NCBI GenBank assembly: GCA_040285855.1
Contig: JAUFOQ010000013.1
Span: 806,001 to 870,000 of the forward strand
Source of the DNA: Eukaryota sp. GEM-RC1
Lineage: Eukaryota
DNA: 64,000 nucleotides
Reading direction: 5' to 3'
The notes beneath the pieces are model-generated. The model ran no database searches, had not been told where the DNA came from, and worked only from the letters and a program-made list of their open reading frames with translations. Each line of letters starts with the position of its first letter. Within the stretch, counting starts at the first letter, position 1. Of the stretch, positions 11,882 to 25,600 are shown piece after piece. The translations under genes and the position numbers were made by a program.

Positions 11882-12658
11882 AGCTCATATGAAAAACAGC
11901 TATATTTGTCTTGGTACGATTAGTTTTTTTCTAATTCATATTTTTGTAGAAATGTTACCTTTTTGGGGACGACATACATGCTCTCAAAGATAACAAAGAC
12001 AACATAGAATAGTTTTTGATAAATAACAATTGGTATAAAACCCAATTTTTGTAATAATTCAGAGTGATGGAAATTGCTTCCACCACTGGTCACAACTATC
12101 AAATGAATGATGATAACTAAGACATCACAATAACTCTAGACCTTTTGAGGTGGACATAATGATTGAAATCAGTTGTGGTTCGTAACACGTGTCACGTCAG
12201 CATTGCTTATGTTACAAAACGATCACAACAGATCATCGAACTCCATCAAGATTGAGTAAAAATTAGAATAATGAGTCAATTTAACAAAGAAATCAAAGAT
12301 CAATAATATTGGAGAGGTCAATTGATGCCGTTAATTAGCTCAATTCCAATTCAATAAAGGCAAAGGTTCTTGAGGATGGCAGGTGTAGATAACAGAAAAA
12401 CATCAATGTTTTAAAACAGTGATGCTTTTGCATTTGATACTTGATTTGTTGAACGAGGATGTGAAAATTCTGGGTAAATTGTTTTTGTTTTGGAACAAAT
12501 GAAACAGTTTGGTAATTGAAGAAAAGAAAAGGTGAATTGAAAAGTTACAAGACAACTCAATCATTCTGGAACTTTGGCGAAATCTTTGATTTTTTAATCA
12601 GAAACGACACTCTAAACAGAATTAGAATCAGAACCATGTAGAATTATTATAAACATGA

Positions 12659-13130
12659 TTAACAGTCAGCAAAGTAGATGTTTTCTTTTGAAGAGACTGA
12701 ATGGGAGAGGAAAATAGAGAGCTCAGCTAGAGAAGAATCAGACACGTCAGCACTAAAAGCGTCCTTAGTTGACGAACTGAAGAGAGGAAGCAAGGAGAAG
12801 GGAATGAAATAGAGATAGCGATGTCTTTGGTGGAGAGAGAAGTGTATACAGTGGAAACACGGAGAAATGAAGATCTCCGCTAACAAAAGAAGGGTTTTTG
12901 AAAGGAAAGAACAGAGTGTTGAGCCAAACGACATCAATTGACCAAATTTGGAGTCAGAACTGAAATCTTTGCCAGTAAAACACGGGTTGATGAATGGAAG
13001 TAAGTAAGAATTTCAGAAGGATGTTAAGAGAAAGGATGTGTGAACAAGAACATGAAAGATGTATTATAAGGATTCACGAGATTTCATCCAAGCTTCCAGA
13101 TTGAAACCCTGGGAAGAGATGATACTCTAG
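12659..13130 (-). pseudogene. Possible decayed N-terminal fragment of the LRR gene family represented at 30559-32020
   Basis: LLLLAEIF..CFHCIHFSL..LLPLFSS..FSADV weakly resembles LLELAQSF..FFQCTFLAV..LLTSAASLFEAEI; it contains stops and shifts. Confidence 0.3.
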
Positions 13131-13649
13131 ATTCACTCATACGTTATGTTATACTACAACCATTTTAGATATTGAAGTCTATTGCATTGTCAAAAGTTGA
13201 CTATTCGCAAACAACACCGATACACAAGCTAAAACTAAAATTAACCAATCGTAACAAACACGGAACGACCTCTTCTAGAGATTTCAGCTAGAATTACAAT
13301 GTTTTACTTCTGAATTAAACCGTTTTTACAAAAGCACGTTATTAACACAATAGCCGACAGCTGATGCAAAACTGCAGAAGTTACACTGAAAACGACTCTT
13401 CAGCATTTCCGGTGGACCTTAGTTCAGTCGACCAATTCATCTTACCAGTGCCAGCATGAATTCCTTCCTTTGGCTTTTATCAACATCAGTGAGGATTGTA
13501 TTTCAAATGATCCTCACTTCAATAGTAGTATCAAATCTCCAATAAACATGGAACACAATGACAGTGTTGTATAGTTGGTCCGACGCTCTGGTGGTCTGTT
13601 AAATAGTGCAAAGATTTTTAAAAATTAAATTTCAAAAATCTTTTCCTTC

Positions 13650-16107
13650 ATGGTATGATCGTTGTCCGACTGACTCCAGCTTATATTCGACTCATCTGAC
13701 TCTGAAAAGGACCTTGGTGAATACTCCTCTCTGAGTATAGCTCCCCAAACAGAAGTGAAAGCTCACAGTCATGTTCAATTCGTCCAAGAGCTTGAACCCA
13801 TCCCTGTTTATCTGTTTTCAATGCGTGATAATGTCTCACTCATCCCCAATTACATTTCCCTTCTCAAACAAAGCATTCCTTCTGATCATCCCTTCATTTC
13901 TGTAGATTCAGAATGGAGACACAATACATTGGATGTACTCCAACTTGGAACTCCATCAATTTGCATGGTCATTCAGATCCACGGCGTTGTTACGTTGCAT
14001 CAAGATATCAGAGATATAATTGTCGATTCCAACATCATCAAGGTGTTCAAAAAGCAGGATCAAGACATTAAACGAATCAAGGAACTCTGGGGTGTTGATG
14101 TTGTGTCACCGTATGATGTGGAACCGTATTTCCTCACCATTGGAAGGATTTATGCCATCAAGGTTGGGAAAGGAAGAACCGAGTTAGGATCTCCATCCCA
14201 TCCACTCTCAACGTTTACTGCCCATGGATACACTCTGTTATCCACGAAGAGCAAGGACATTACGATGAGTAATTGGAGTGCGGAAATCCTGAACGAGATA
14301 CAGATTGAATACGCTGCTCTTGACGCTTTCTGGATCGCCTTCAACTACTATCTAAAGATATCAAACAGGATAACTGGTGATCCAACGAAACATTCCTGTG
14401 TTTTCTTCTCCGATTCATCACATGCTCAAGTTTTAGAACATCCTTTCGAGACCATTCAACTTTTGTCTGCTCAATCTACAACATGGCTGAACACGTTAAA
14501 ACCGTTTTGTTGTGATATTCACTCAGATGAACTTCTCATGAAACAATATAATAAAACAAGTAAACAGAAACAAAAGAAAATCGGTCCTCAAGCTGTACGT
14601 TCTCTTGCTTCTGTTCTTTTCAATATTCTCTCTGATCCTTTAAACTCTAGTCAAGTTCAAACTCTACAACCTTCACAAGATTTTTTCTTTCTTCTTTGAA
14701 GACCGAGAAGTCACGCCTGCTTCAATCGTAAACTTGTGCGTTAGGCTTCTTCTTCCATTGTTGTCTAATTCAACCGTGTCTAAAAGGTTACTTGCAATTA
14801 CTACTCCACTGAAGTATCCTGTTTATGTTCTTTCAGTTGCCTATAATCTTCTGGCTCTTGCTCTTGACTCTTCATCATTAGTTAGTGTTGAACAACTTAC
14901 AGTAACCAAGGAAATGTTGTCTGGTGAGGTTATTTCTGGTGTTATAGATAAGAAATTAGACAAAAAGTTGACTCATCTTTGGACAACAAGTGCTAAATGC
15001 TGTTCTGTCTGTTCAGATCTTCCAAATGCCAGTTTCTTTAGTATTACTGATACTAACACAGAAGCTGAGGTTGCAATTCAAACTCTATTAAAATCTATTT
15101 CTCCAACAAATCCTAGAGTTACAGTCTTTGCAAGGTCTGCAGTTAAAGTAATTGATCAAATTATTTTGGCTTCTGACACTGTTATTTTAAATTTTGAAGT
15201 TGGAACTGACCATGTAATTCTCCCTCTTTTACTTGATTTATTTTCCAATGACGTCATTTCTAAAGACTTCGTAGGACTTTCTTGTACTCCTCAAGATGTG
15301 GCTGATTTTTTCTTTTTACAGAACTTTACCAATGTTGTTGATCGATCTTCTTTAGTTCCAAGATCGGTGCTAGATTTAATCGAGGCCAATCCCCACAACA
15401 CTTCAAAACACTTGCCCAAACTTTCACTTCTATTTGTGTCTGAATTCCAGCAGTTCATAGTGATTTCCTGTGTATTGGAACTTTTTGCTAGTCTGACGTT
15501 TACTTTACAATACTTTTTCAAAAACAATGGCATTAACCTACCAGCACAATCATTTGTTAAAAATCTTAATGAACCTTCTTCTTGGATACAGAATCTAGCA
15601 TGTCAAGAATCCAATCTTAAGGCTAATAGAAATATTACAGTTTTTCCCTCTGATGCGGTGAGTAATCTTAATGACGTCATCTATCAAAGCGATGTTCTCG
15701 GACTTGCGGTGGTTCCTATTACTAAGTCCAGAAAGAAAAATCCAGTGTTTTGGTATGTTGAAGAGAAGTTTGTCACTCCTTCGTTATTGCACGCTTTGAA
15801 ATTATTTAAAAAATTGAAAATGTGTGATAAGCTAAATGTACGTCACCTCGAAGGCCATCCCATTCAAATTAAGATTTGTTTTAAAAAATTGTCTGAATTG
15901 TTGGCTGTTGAACTTTTATTTGTTAAGGATGATACTTTTAGACAAGATCTATTATCAGTAGAGTTTCACCAGAGTGGTGAATCTGCCTTTGCTGAACTTA
16001 AAACCTTAATTCAAGAAAAGAAATGGGCTCTGCGGCAGAATTCATCTGAAAGTAATGAACAAAATGTTCCTTGTAATGATTCTGACAGTGAAGTGGATGA
16101 TGATTGA
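13650..16107 (+). CDS. DEDDy 3'-5' exonuclease (WRN/EXD2-like) with long C-terminal extension; 27-nt intron 13653-13679; +1 frameshift in 14644-14697
   Basis: ExoI ISVDSEW, LQLGT, ExoII QDQDIKRI and ExoIII MSNWSAEILNEIQIEYAALDA. The start reads ATG|GTATG..CTGAC..CAG|CTT, which restores MLIFDSSDSEK in frame. Confidence 0.85.
13653..13679 (+). other. 27-nt spliceosomal intron
   Basis: GTATGATCGTTGTCCGACTGACTCCAG has a GTATG donor, CTGAC branch point and CAG acceptor. It contains in-frame TGA stops and sits directly after the ATG. Confidence 0.85.
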
Positions 16108-17286
16108 TTAAATGTATAATCTGCAGTCCTTCTTTAAAATGTATTCTACTTCATATACTTAATGTAATTAGTGTCTTTTTAATCTTCTTTTGTGTGTTGA
16201 AATGACCACACCTTTGTTTTCGCAAAAACTACAAACACAAGCAATATTTTGGACTGTCAGATGTAAGACCTCCCAGTCTTGACACTAGAAGGTCAGCTCT
16301 CAACTGTGTAATTAAGTGAGACATACTCCGTATTATGGTTTAACTCGGTCAACATCCAGCTTGTTAGAGAATAACACATAAATAAACTTAATTACTTGCT
16401 CCTATTGTAACTTTACTTCTATTCTCAAGTTCATTTAATCTATAGTGTTTTGAGAATGAAGAAACCTCAATACATTTTCGTAACATTGTTTCTTACATCT
16501 TTTGCTTTTTTGTAAACAACTCTTAATTTATTTACTCACATTTGTGTTTATCTAGGAACGACACACATATACATGTAAAAGCTAACCAAACAAATATCAA
16601 TATACTCAATGTGCAACTTTCCCATTTGGACATTCTCACCTACCTTATCTTCATAATGTCTGTCGAGATACAATAAGACGTTAGACACAGAAGTCACAAT
16701 TCTTTAAAATCACCAAATACAAATCCATTGTTTCCAAAATCTAAGATCAAAAGTCCTGGATGTTCTTTCTTTTCAATTTTTACACAGCTCTCTAGTAATG
16801 ATGTAAATGATTCGCACACCATGATGTATCCATACACCATCCAAAAGATTATCTTTAAAGAGACGATGCGATGCGTGAACACTAGGATCAGTACAGGACT
16901 GATCTGATTGAAAAGCAAATTCGAAACAATTTGTTGAACAAAATGTGGAAATTGAATACGAAAACCAAGCTCATGAAACACAAAGCAGCTCAATGGCTGA
17001 CTTGACTCAAAGCCACGGAAAAGAGTTCATTTGCTTTGGTTGGGATAAAATTCACAGAAATATAGATGAATCGGTTGCTTTGAGCAATCGAGTAGGTCTT
17101 TTCAACAATTATTCTTTTAGATTTACATGTTTAATAAAGTAAATATTTATTTGGATCTGAAAAAGTTGGGATTTAATTACATTGGGACCTTTTCAAAAAA
17201 GCCCCAACTATCCCAACTGTCTTCAGCCCAACATTTTTACAAATACGGTAAAGATATTACTTGTATTTTGATTAGCAAACTGTACA

Positions 17287-18220
17287 ATGGACATCGTAGA
17301 TAATCCATTTATCTTAACAAATTTCTGTACCCTTTCTACTCATTTTCCCTTCATCCATATGATCAAATGTACCGATTCAAATGGATATACTTGTATATTA
17401 GGACATTCTGACGGTTCTGTCACTGTTCATCATCTTAAAGATGACAAATTCATATCTTCCCCTTCAGAATCATTTGCACTAAGGAATGCCATGAATTTAG
17501 ATGGATCTTCTTCTCCCAGCAGCAACGAGATCAAATCTGTAGCAATATCCTCACCAGACTATGGCCAGTTTTTTGCCATAGCATCGCAAACCCCTGAACT
17601 TCTCATATTCAAACAAACCGAACAAATAGCCAGCCTAGAGATACCTCATCCAGCAACAAAAGTCCAGTTCTCTCCCGATTCATTCAGATTATACGCAGCA
17701 GTCCATAACTACGTTTATGTCTTTTGGAATAGATGTTCAATGGACTCTCTTAGATCAGATAGAGTTCGATTCCCCAATTGTTGACATCTTCGTGTCTCAT
17801 CAAGATTATCTAGCCGTTGCTACTTCCACAGAATATGATTCAACCCTCATCCTCCTAGGTAAGTCCCCTTCTGGAGCCATGTCAATCTACCACTCAGTTG
17901 ATATCTCTTCCCAGGTATCAAAAGTATCTATATCTCCCTTGGTTTTCGATGATACAGACGCCAAAACCAGTACTGTATGTGTGGGGCTTCTTGATGGTTC
18001 TGTTTACTTCTACCCCTTCAATCTGGTAACTAATCGTCTTCAGACTCCTGGTAATCTGCAGGGATCTCATGCAGGGGAAATTGTAGATATTAAATGGTCG
18101 TTCTTGGGTGATTACGTGATGACGTCAGCAAGTGACAAGTCAGTGTTGAAGTTTGGTGTTACTGCTGAACATGGTTATGAACTGGGATTTAAGATTGATG
18201 TTTCTGATACACTGTCGTAA
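17287..18220 (+). CDS. WD40 protein, Seh1/Sec13-like; +1 frameshift near 17722
   Basis: Joins ORFs 17287-17784 and 17717-18220. Motifs SPDYGQFFAIAS (cf. HPEFGQxLASCS), VQFSP, and HAGEIVDIKWSFLGDYVMTSASDKSV. Confidence 0.7.
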
Positions 18221-19680
18221 CAACGACTTGTAGTTTATTGATAAAATTAAATTATTACGAGAACATACAATTTTGAAACGATTCTTTTGCATTTAGTAAA
18301 GATAGATATACCACCGTGTTATTTTTTTGATTAGATACCATCGCTCATTTATCAACAATATCAGTCTCAACAATCAAACTTCTAATTGGCTACAAGCGGA
18401 AACAATCATTTTCTGCAGATAGTCAGTAGAATCAAGACTTTCTGTTTGAATTGAGAAGTTCACTTTTTCTTTAGATAATTTGATACCTACAGTACAAAGG
18501 GAAAGGAAAAGATGTTAGTAAATGAATTATACTGACTACGTAACTACTAGCAGATTGCATTTCGTTATATCAGGTGATCTTGATGGAAGGCAATCAAATA
18601 CATTACAAATTTTGAAGTACACATACATTGAAGTCGGAACTACATTCTACATAATGAATTTACTACTGGCAATCTTCCATGCAGAATCACTAAATTTGGC
18701 ATTCAAGAACTGATAAACTGTTAATAAGAATCGTGATATGAAATGAGTCACTTAATTAATTCACTTTAAACGAGAAATTATTTAGACTATTTATCAAATC
18801 AAAATAGATGTAATGCTTTGAATTCATATCCATGCGAGTATCGATTTCTTCCCTTATACGCTTACCATGGAGCTCAAGGTGAAAGCACAATAGGCTGTGC
18901 TCAGAATCGGGAAATAGATGACAATCTCCAAAGAGAGCATGTAAGGAAGGAGGTAGGAGCCAAGAGTTTTTGTTTGAGATTATTATTATTTAACCTGAGC
19001 TGGAACTGAAGCAAAAATCTTGCAATGTTCTCTTGGATTTGTTTGTCTTTAACTAACTCAGACGGGGTCCCATGATCTAATAATTAATCGATGCTCCTTC
19101 ATCACAACTCTTCCCCCCGTTAACAAGAAATATGGAAAACGAAGAGCTGTTCATAAACACTGTATTTTAAGGTTTCAGTACTTCTAATGACATCAATTTA
19201 GTTTTTAGGTTGTAAATTTTCCTTAAAGAACATTCTGACCCAAAACAAATAAGAATAAACATCCAAATAATTGATGAATTTCATCATGATTGCCAGATTC
19301 TCTGGCTTTAACAAAGTTTCCCAACAGATCAGTAATGTCATCTCAGTCGCTTTGCGAAAACGTTATTGTGAGCCAATGGAAATACTTTCTTGGCCCGCTG
19401 CAGTTTACAAAACTTCTTCCAAAAAGACTTGACATACATGTATAGTTGTAAAAAAATGAAGAACATCCTGACGATCCAGTTAAAAATTTGCACGTGAAAG
19501 AACCCATTAACTAACCAGAAACACTAAGAAAGTTAAAATCCGTGATAGATCCGGGCATTTAAAACAAGTACTCCATCAGATTCTAACTGGAGGTTCTAAA
19601 GAGCATCGGTACATGTCAAGAGATCCGTTCCGGTGTGTAGTTGTAGTTTAGGGACAATAATTGAAATGTGGGTTAATTGA

Positions 19681-22600
19681 CTAATAAGGATAATAATGAT
19701 GTTCATCATCAATGGAGTACGCTGCAAAAATGTGATCCCAGATCTTACTGTCATTCGAGTCTACTTTACTGACAATGGCGAGAGGAGTCTTACCTTTGAG
19801 ATACTCGTACATTGGATCAAAGTGACGACCATTCTTGAGAGGGCAAATAAGCAGTGCAATACCAAGTTCCGTAGCCTTGAGTGCAATATCATCAAATCTA
19901 GATTCCCAAGTACGACCATTAGGATCTTGAGGATGATTGTCTTCACAACCACAGTTAAATCTCTTACCATGATTAGGTGCATCCCCAATAACAAAGATAA
20001 TTCGATGACCATTAGGCCATTTGGCTTTTAACATTTCATCTAATCCAGTACAGATATCTTCTGCAACGTCATCACCTCCATCAGCAACAACTCCTCCAAT
20101 GGCATTCGAGAGAGCTGTCGCATTACCAAAAGGAATAAGTTCAACAGGAACTGAATCTCCAATATCACGATAGGCACAAACTAAGATTAATTAAAAAAAG
20201 AATAAACATACATGAAAAGAAACTGTTAATTTCTTGGCATCATACCCCATTGCACCAACAGACCGGGAGATATACTCCTCCAAGCCTTTCGCCATTTCTC
20301 TGATTTGATTTGCAGTTTGTTGAATATTCATGGAACTAGTGGCATCGAAAACAAAAGCTGCATATAAAGATAGATCGAGACGATGTTTGACATAATCAGC
20401 ATCAGAAATTCTGACAGCCAAGGAAAAAGGACCATCACTTGATTTACTTGGAAGTAGAAGAAGTTGGATTACTAGGAGGTTTGTCAATACTAACTTTCTT
20501 CCCCTTAGGATGAATCACGTCAGTAGACTTCTTATCAACAGGACCAGCCCAAACCTTTCTTGGAGTAATTCTTTCCTTAGAGGTGTTAAGCTCAATGTGA
20601 GTGAAACTTGCGTAGGAATAGCTACTACCACTTTCGAGTTGAACTTTGATTTGAGAAGTAATGTTGCTAGAGTTTCGGAGGTTCTTGGAAATAATAAAAA
20701 TTTTGTCAAATTTAAATTCTAACCCATCATCAATTCTTTCAATACAAATATCACCTGTCACCTTATTGATCTTAATTCCAAAACGAATATACTTATCGGC
20801 CATTCTCTTTACAAAGTACATTCGAAGTGTTGCTAGAGTTGGAGTATCAGGATTTGGATTAGCAGATTCGTAAACAGATACATATCCATTGTTAAAACTA
20901 AAAGTGATGGGACATTCACCATTAACTAAACTAAGGATGAAGCTACCTGTAGCATTGACATCGAATCTAATGCACAATTCACGTTCAAAGGAGCACGATG
21001 CCATTAAGTAAGCCCATCGATGATGACTCTGAGGTGTAAGAAGTATGTTGAAACCATACTCTAGTTCCTCTTCGTTGTTATAGCTAGCTTCAATCATTTT
21101 GTTTAGATAATCAGGAGAATCAAAAGAATCTGTTAGAATCAAGAAGTTTGCTTTTCCTCCAGATAGTAGTTCAAGGTCGTGTTTGGCTCGAAGACTTAGT
21201 GTGGCATAGACATTTCTCGGTATGACAACATGTTCGACATCACTAAAGGAAATCTTACTCGGAAGATGGCACTCAATAGTGAAATGATTATCTGGTTTCA
21301 GAATTGATTGAACAAATATCTCCTTTGTAACTGAAGAGATATTAAACGCTGACAGGTCCACCTTCGAATGTTCTTTCATGTTCTTAAGAGAGTGGCACAT
21401 ATCAAGAGCAACAGTTTCAGCAGCACCGTTGACTCCAAAATTCTGAACTAATTTGTAATAATTGTTCTTTTTTTCAGTTTCATCAGTGGGAATTCTAATG
21501 TAAGGTCTAAATGGAACTGCTCCATCATGAGTATAATACTTAGTAGCAGCAGTGACATGAAGATAAGTAGAAGGATGCTTCGTAACAGAAGACTTAAAGA
21601 TAACAGCAATCGGTCCATAGTGAACGTTAGTATTAGGTCCTAGAATTGAAAAGACTGTACGATCAGTACGAAGATCTTTATCAACATGGAATCCGATTCC
21701 TACCTTAGCTCCAGATTCGTCAGGAGCACCAACTAAGTGATTCAAATCAAGAGCTGCTTGAGCAATGTTCTTAGCTAAACGACCGAGTTCAGAGCGTTCT
21801 TCCTTTGAGACATCAGTACATTCCATTAGAACACGCATACCATCTGGACAAGTCATTGTCTTATTCAACAAACCATTCATTTCTATCTCAGTAGAGACAG
21901 CTAAGAAATCAGCAGCTTGTTCTTGGTTGGAGTAGTTTACTAATTGATAATGAGAGGCGGCAACAATCTGACGGACTTTAGCAGGGTCTGCAAGCTTGGT
22001 CTTCATCATATTAAGCGAGTAGAAAGCTCCATGAGTTAGACAAGATTCAAAGGTTTCTGGTTTAATTCGATGAACTGGACGGAGTCGCATTAACAATTCC
22101 CCAAGAGCTTTAATGTTTCTAGGTGTAGGAGATTTGGGAAGGAGTGACTGTAAACGGCGCTGATTGCTGACGTAATCTAACTTGCTTTCACCAGAAAACG
22201 TTCCAATATCAGGCATTAAGTTTCCCAGTATTTCAAATAATCTGATATTTCGATGAGAATATCTACGAACATGATCCAAGTCTCCTCTGTTTCTACAAGA
22301 AGCTCCATGACTACAAGGAGGACGGAATTCCAAAACACCTGGATGACTAAAGGTGTTCAAATGAATCTCGTCAACTGACTTACAACTGGTACCATCAGGA
22401 CATGGCTTCCGTTCTAAATGAGCGAACTTCTCCATGTGACTTTTAGTTGTCATCTCCGTACATTGGAAACCTCGAGGACAGACAATCTTTTCAGATGCAG
22501 AAGAACTGAAAGGATCATCAGCCAAATGGATTGGATGGGTGACGTCAGCTTGATGAAGGACAGTGAGGTCAACACAGTTAGGATTAGGGCAAGTCAAATG

Positions 22601-25600
22601 GTCATGATGTTTGAATTTAAGACAGTCTGCATCACGGCAATTATGACCTTTTTCACAGATCGGACGATGCCAGAAGCTTTCTCGATGATCAGGAGTTTGG
22701 TCCTTGCAGAGACTTCCGTGATGACAGGCTAGTGCATGAGTAAAGCTCAAATCATGACTGGAATCACGTTGATGTAGTCGGCAAGTGGAGAACTGTCGAC
22801 AAACAGATGGATGACGACACAACCACGAGTGAGTGTTGATCTGTTTTCTCTTACACTTATCAGACAACTCACATCGGTCAAGATGAAAGTAAATTTGTTT
22901 ATGCTCTTCATCATTAAGCTGAGTACATCTTCCAAAGAGGTCAGGACATGGAATGAAGGAGGTTGGAGTCATTAGAGGAGAACAAGACCGATCCATTCCT
23001 CGTCTGAATCTGGTAAAACTTTCTACATCACCTACTACACTGAAGATAACTCGTTGGAAGAACCTACCATAGATTTGTTCCATGAAACCCAGAATAGCCA
23101 TGACTGACTCAATGGGGTTTCTAAAAGCACCACAACCCAAAGGGGATATGATTAAATGAGTAACATTGTGACGAATAGCAGCAAGGAAGATTGAAACCCA
23201 ACGATTAAAGGTAAATTCGAATTGTTCCTTATTCAGGAAATCATCAAAACGAATTTCTGACATGGGTTTAATATCAGGACGTTCAATAGCAGCTGAAGAG
23301 ACAACATCAATAGTATAAGGTCGAGAAAGAGTCACAAGACCATGTGATTCAGAACTTTTGAAAATTTGAATATTTTCAGAAACAATTACATCAATGTCAC
23401 TACTTGACCAAGGATATTTGACAGGAGGAATTCTACTTCCTTCAACATTAGAAGAATCAAGAGCATAAGCCAAAGTACTCCTGCTAAACAGACTTTCTTC
23501 TTGAGCACTAGCTCCAGTTCTATACCCTCCTCCAGGAGAAACTTCAGTAGCCATGTTAAGACAAGCAATCTTTACTCCAGGATCAGTACCATATTCGTTG
23601 ATGAAATCAATGGCGACTTCAAAGCAATCCTTATTTAAAAAATCAAATGGACCAGGACCAGGGTCTGGAGCGGGGGGTCTTTTGAAAGCCCTACGAATAG
23701 AGGAGTTTGAGTACACGTGATTAGTGATTTGATTAGTCCTTAAAGCAATCGTTTGGGAACTGTTTTCACCTTCTCTAACGTAAGAATATTGACCTCTTGA
23801 ACAGCAGTACAAGGTATTCAGTTGAGCAATGACCAACAAGAATCTGTAGGGGTGATTGTTACGTAAGTCACGATTACATTCTTTGAGAGCAGAAAGATAA
23901 GGTGCAAAAGAATGATCATTAAGCTGAATCCAAGATCGGTAATTAGAAATGGCTATTTGCTCGTAGCCACCAGTTCTGCTTCTCATTTCAGATGCAAAGA
24001 CCTTAGGGAAAGGTGAATTAGGAGAAAACATCTGTACTACTACCTTAGTTAAAGGATGGCCCTTGATAACGATTTCGTTAGGCCAAGTAGGAGTAGTACT
24101 AGTCCAGAGCAACACGTGTCTTTTAGTAGGATCAGTAGTCAAATAAGAGTTCTTTCTAACACAAGGATTAGCGGCAGATAGAGCAGCTAGATAATCATCT
24201 GTGGGTTCTTCAAAAGGATAGTAAACAACTTCGAGGCAACTAGAGTGGTGAGCGTAGTGTTGGAAGGGAAGGACAGTGAAATGAAACTTGTCTATTTTAC
24301 CAGCGTAAAGACAATCAGCAGTAGATCTTCCTTTAAAAATAGACTCAGGAGAAAAGACAGTAGATGATAAGAACAAAAGTTCAAGATTGTAAAATCTGTT
24401 GTTGACGTGATGTTTGACAATATCAACATTAATGGTTTCCTTATCAATGTTGTTTCTAATATCTCTAGAAACCCTATCAACTATATTTGAAGGAACAAAC
24501 ATGACAGTAGCCCGATAACATCCTTTGAAGGTTGTAATGGTCCTGGATTTCGTATTAATTGTAGCTTCAGCTCCATTAACTATTAATTCTTGTAGAAGTT
24601 CAAGACCTATAGCACAAGACACAGTGACACGAACGTGGACAATGGAATCCAAAGACTCAAGAACCTCTACTGCATGGTCAGCACAATCACTTAAGGTTTT
24701 GGTTAAGTAAACGTCAACTTTAGAAGTAAGAGCAGCACCCTTAAAGTCCTCTATTCGCATGAAGAACTCAAACGAAATGGAATAGAACTCTTCAGATCTT
24801 TCAGTTGGCACGTGATCATCAAACACTTTGACTCTCAGAGACTTGAATTGTTCAGACAGAGAGGGATTTAGAGGGCGAATTGTAGAGACGATTGGAGAGT
24901 CTCTCTGGGCAGCTAATCGTTCGATATCATTGGTATGTACGAACATTAGAGGGTGTGAGGGAGAAGTAGCTGGGACAGTATTAGTATTTAACAACTTTGA
25001 TTGGTTATGATGGAGCTGCTGCAGATTAATCTTTCTCAAATCACCACTTCCACTAGTCAAAGCCATTTTGTTATTCTTAAGTTGTTCAGACGGTCGGAGA
25101 TTAAAAGATTCTAAAATTTCAATTATTTGTACAATTTTGGGTCGTAGAATTGGGTCGGGGTTTAGACACCTGTTAATTATACTACACAATACATCCGGAA
25201 TTGACCTATTAAAGGACAAAGCTTTGTCACGATATTTAGCTCCCATTACAGCATATTGGCTCATTCCTTCAAATGCTTCCTTGTTTTGGAAACAATTCAT
25301 ATAACATGATTCCAATAGAGTAAATGTCACTTTGCGGGGTCATTTGGTTGTCAAACTGCTCAGGAGCAGCATAGCGTACAGTCATTGCATTGTTTCTTGG
25401 AACTGTTGTGGTTGATTCAATGTTCCGAGAAGTTCCGAAATCAGCAATTCTTACTCTATTATCCACCAATAAAACATTTCCAGGTTTGAGATCGCCATGC
25501 ACAACTGCTTTACTGTGGAGAAAGCTAACACCTTGACAGAGTTGTTTCGCATAATCGACAGTGAGAAAGGAGAATGAGTTGGGGGAGGGAAGAGAAGAAG

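Noticed and set aside
14690..14700. CTT TGA resembling the bacterial RF2 +1 frameshift site, and stop-adjacent Euplotes-type +1 recoding in general
   Set aside because: Other shifts go in both directions, are mostly not adjacent to stops, and differ between paralogs. Indel error is simpler.
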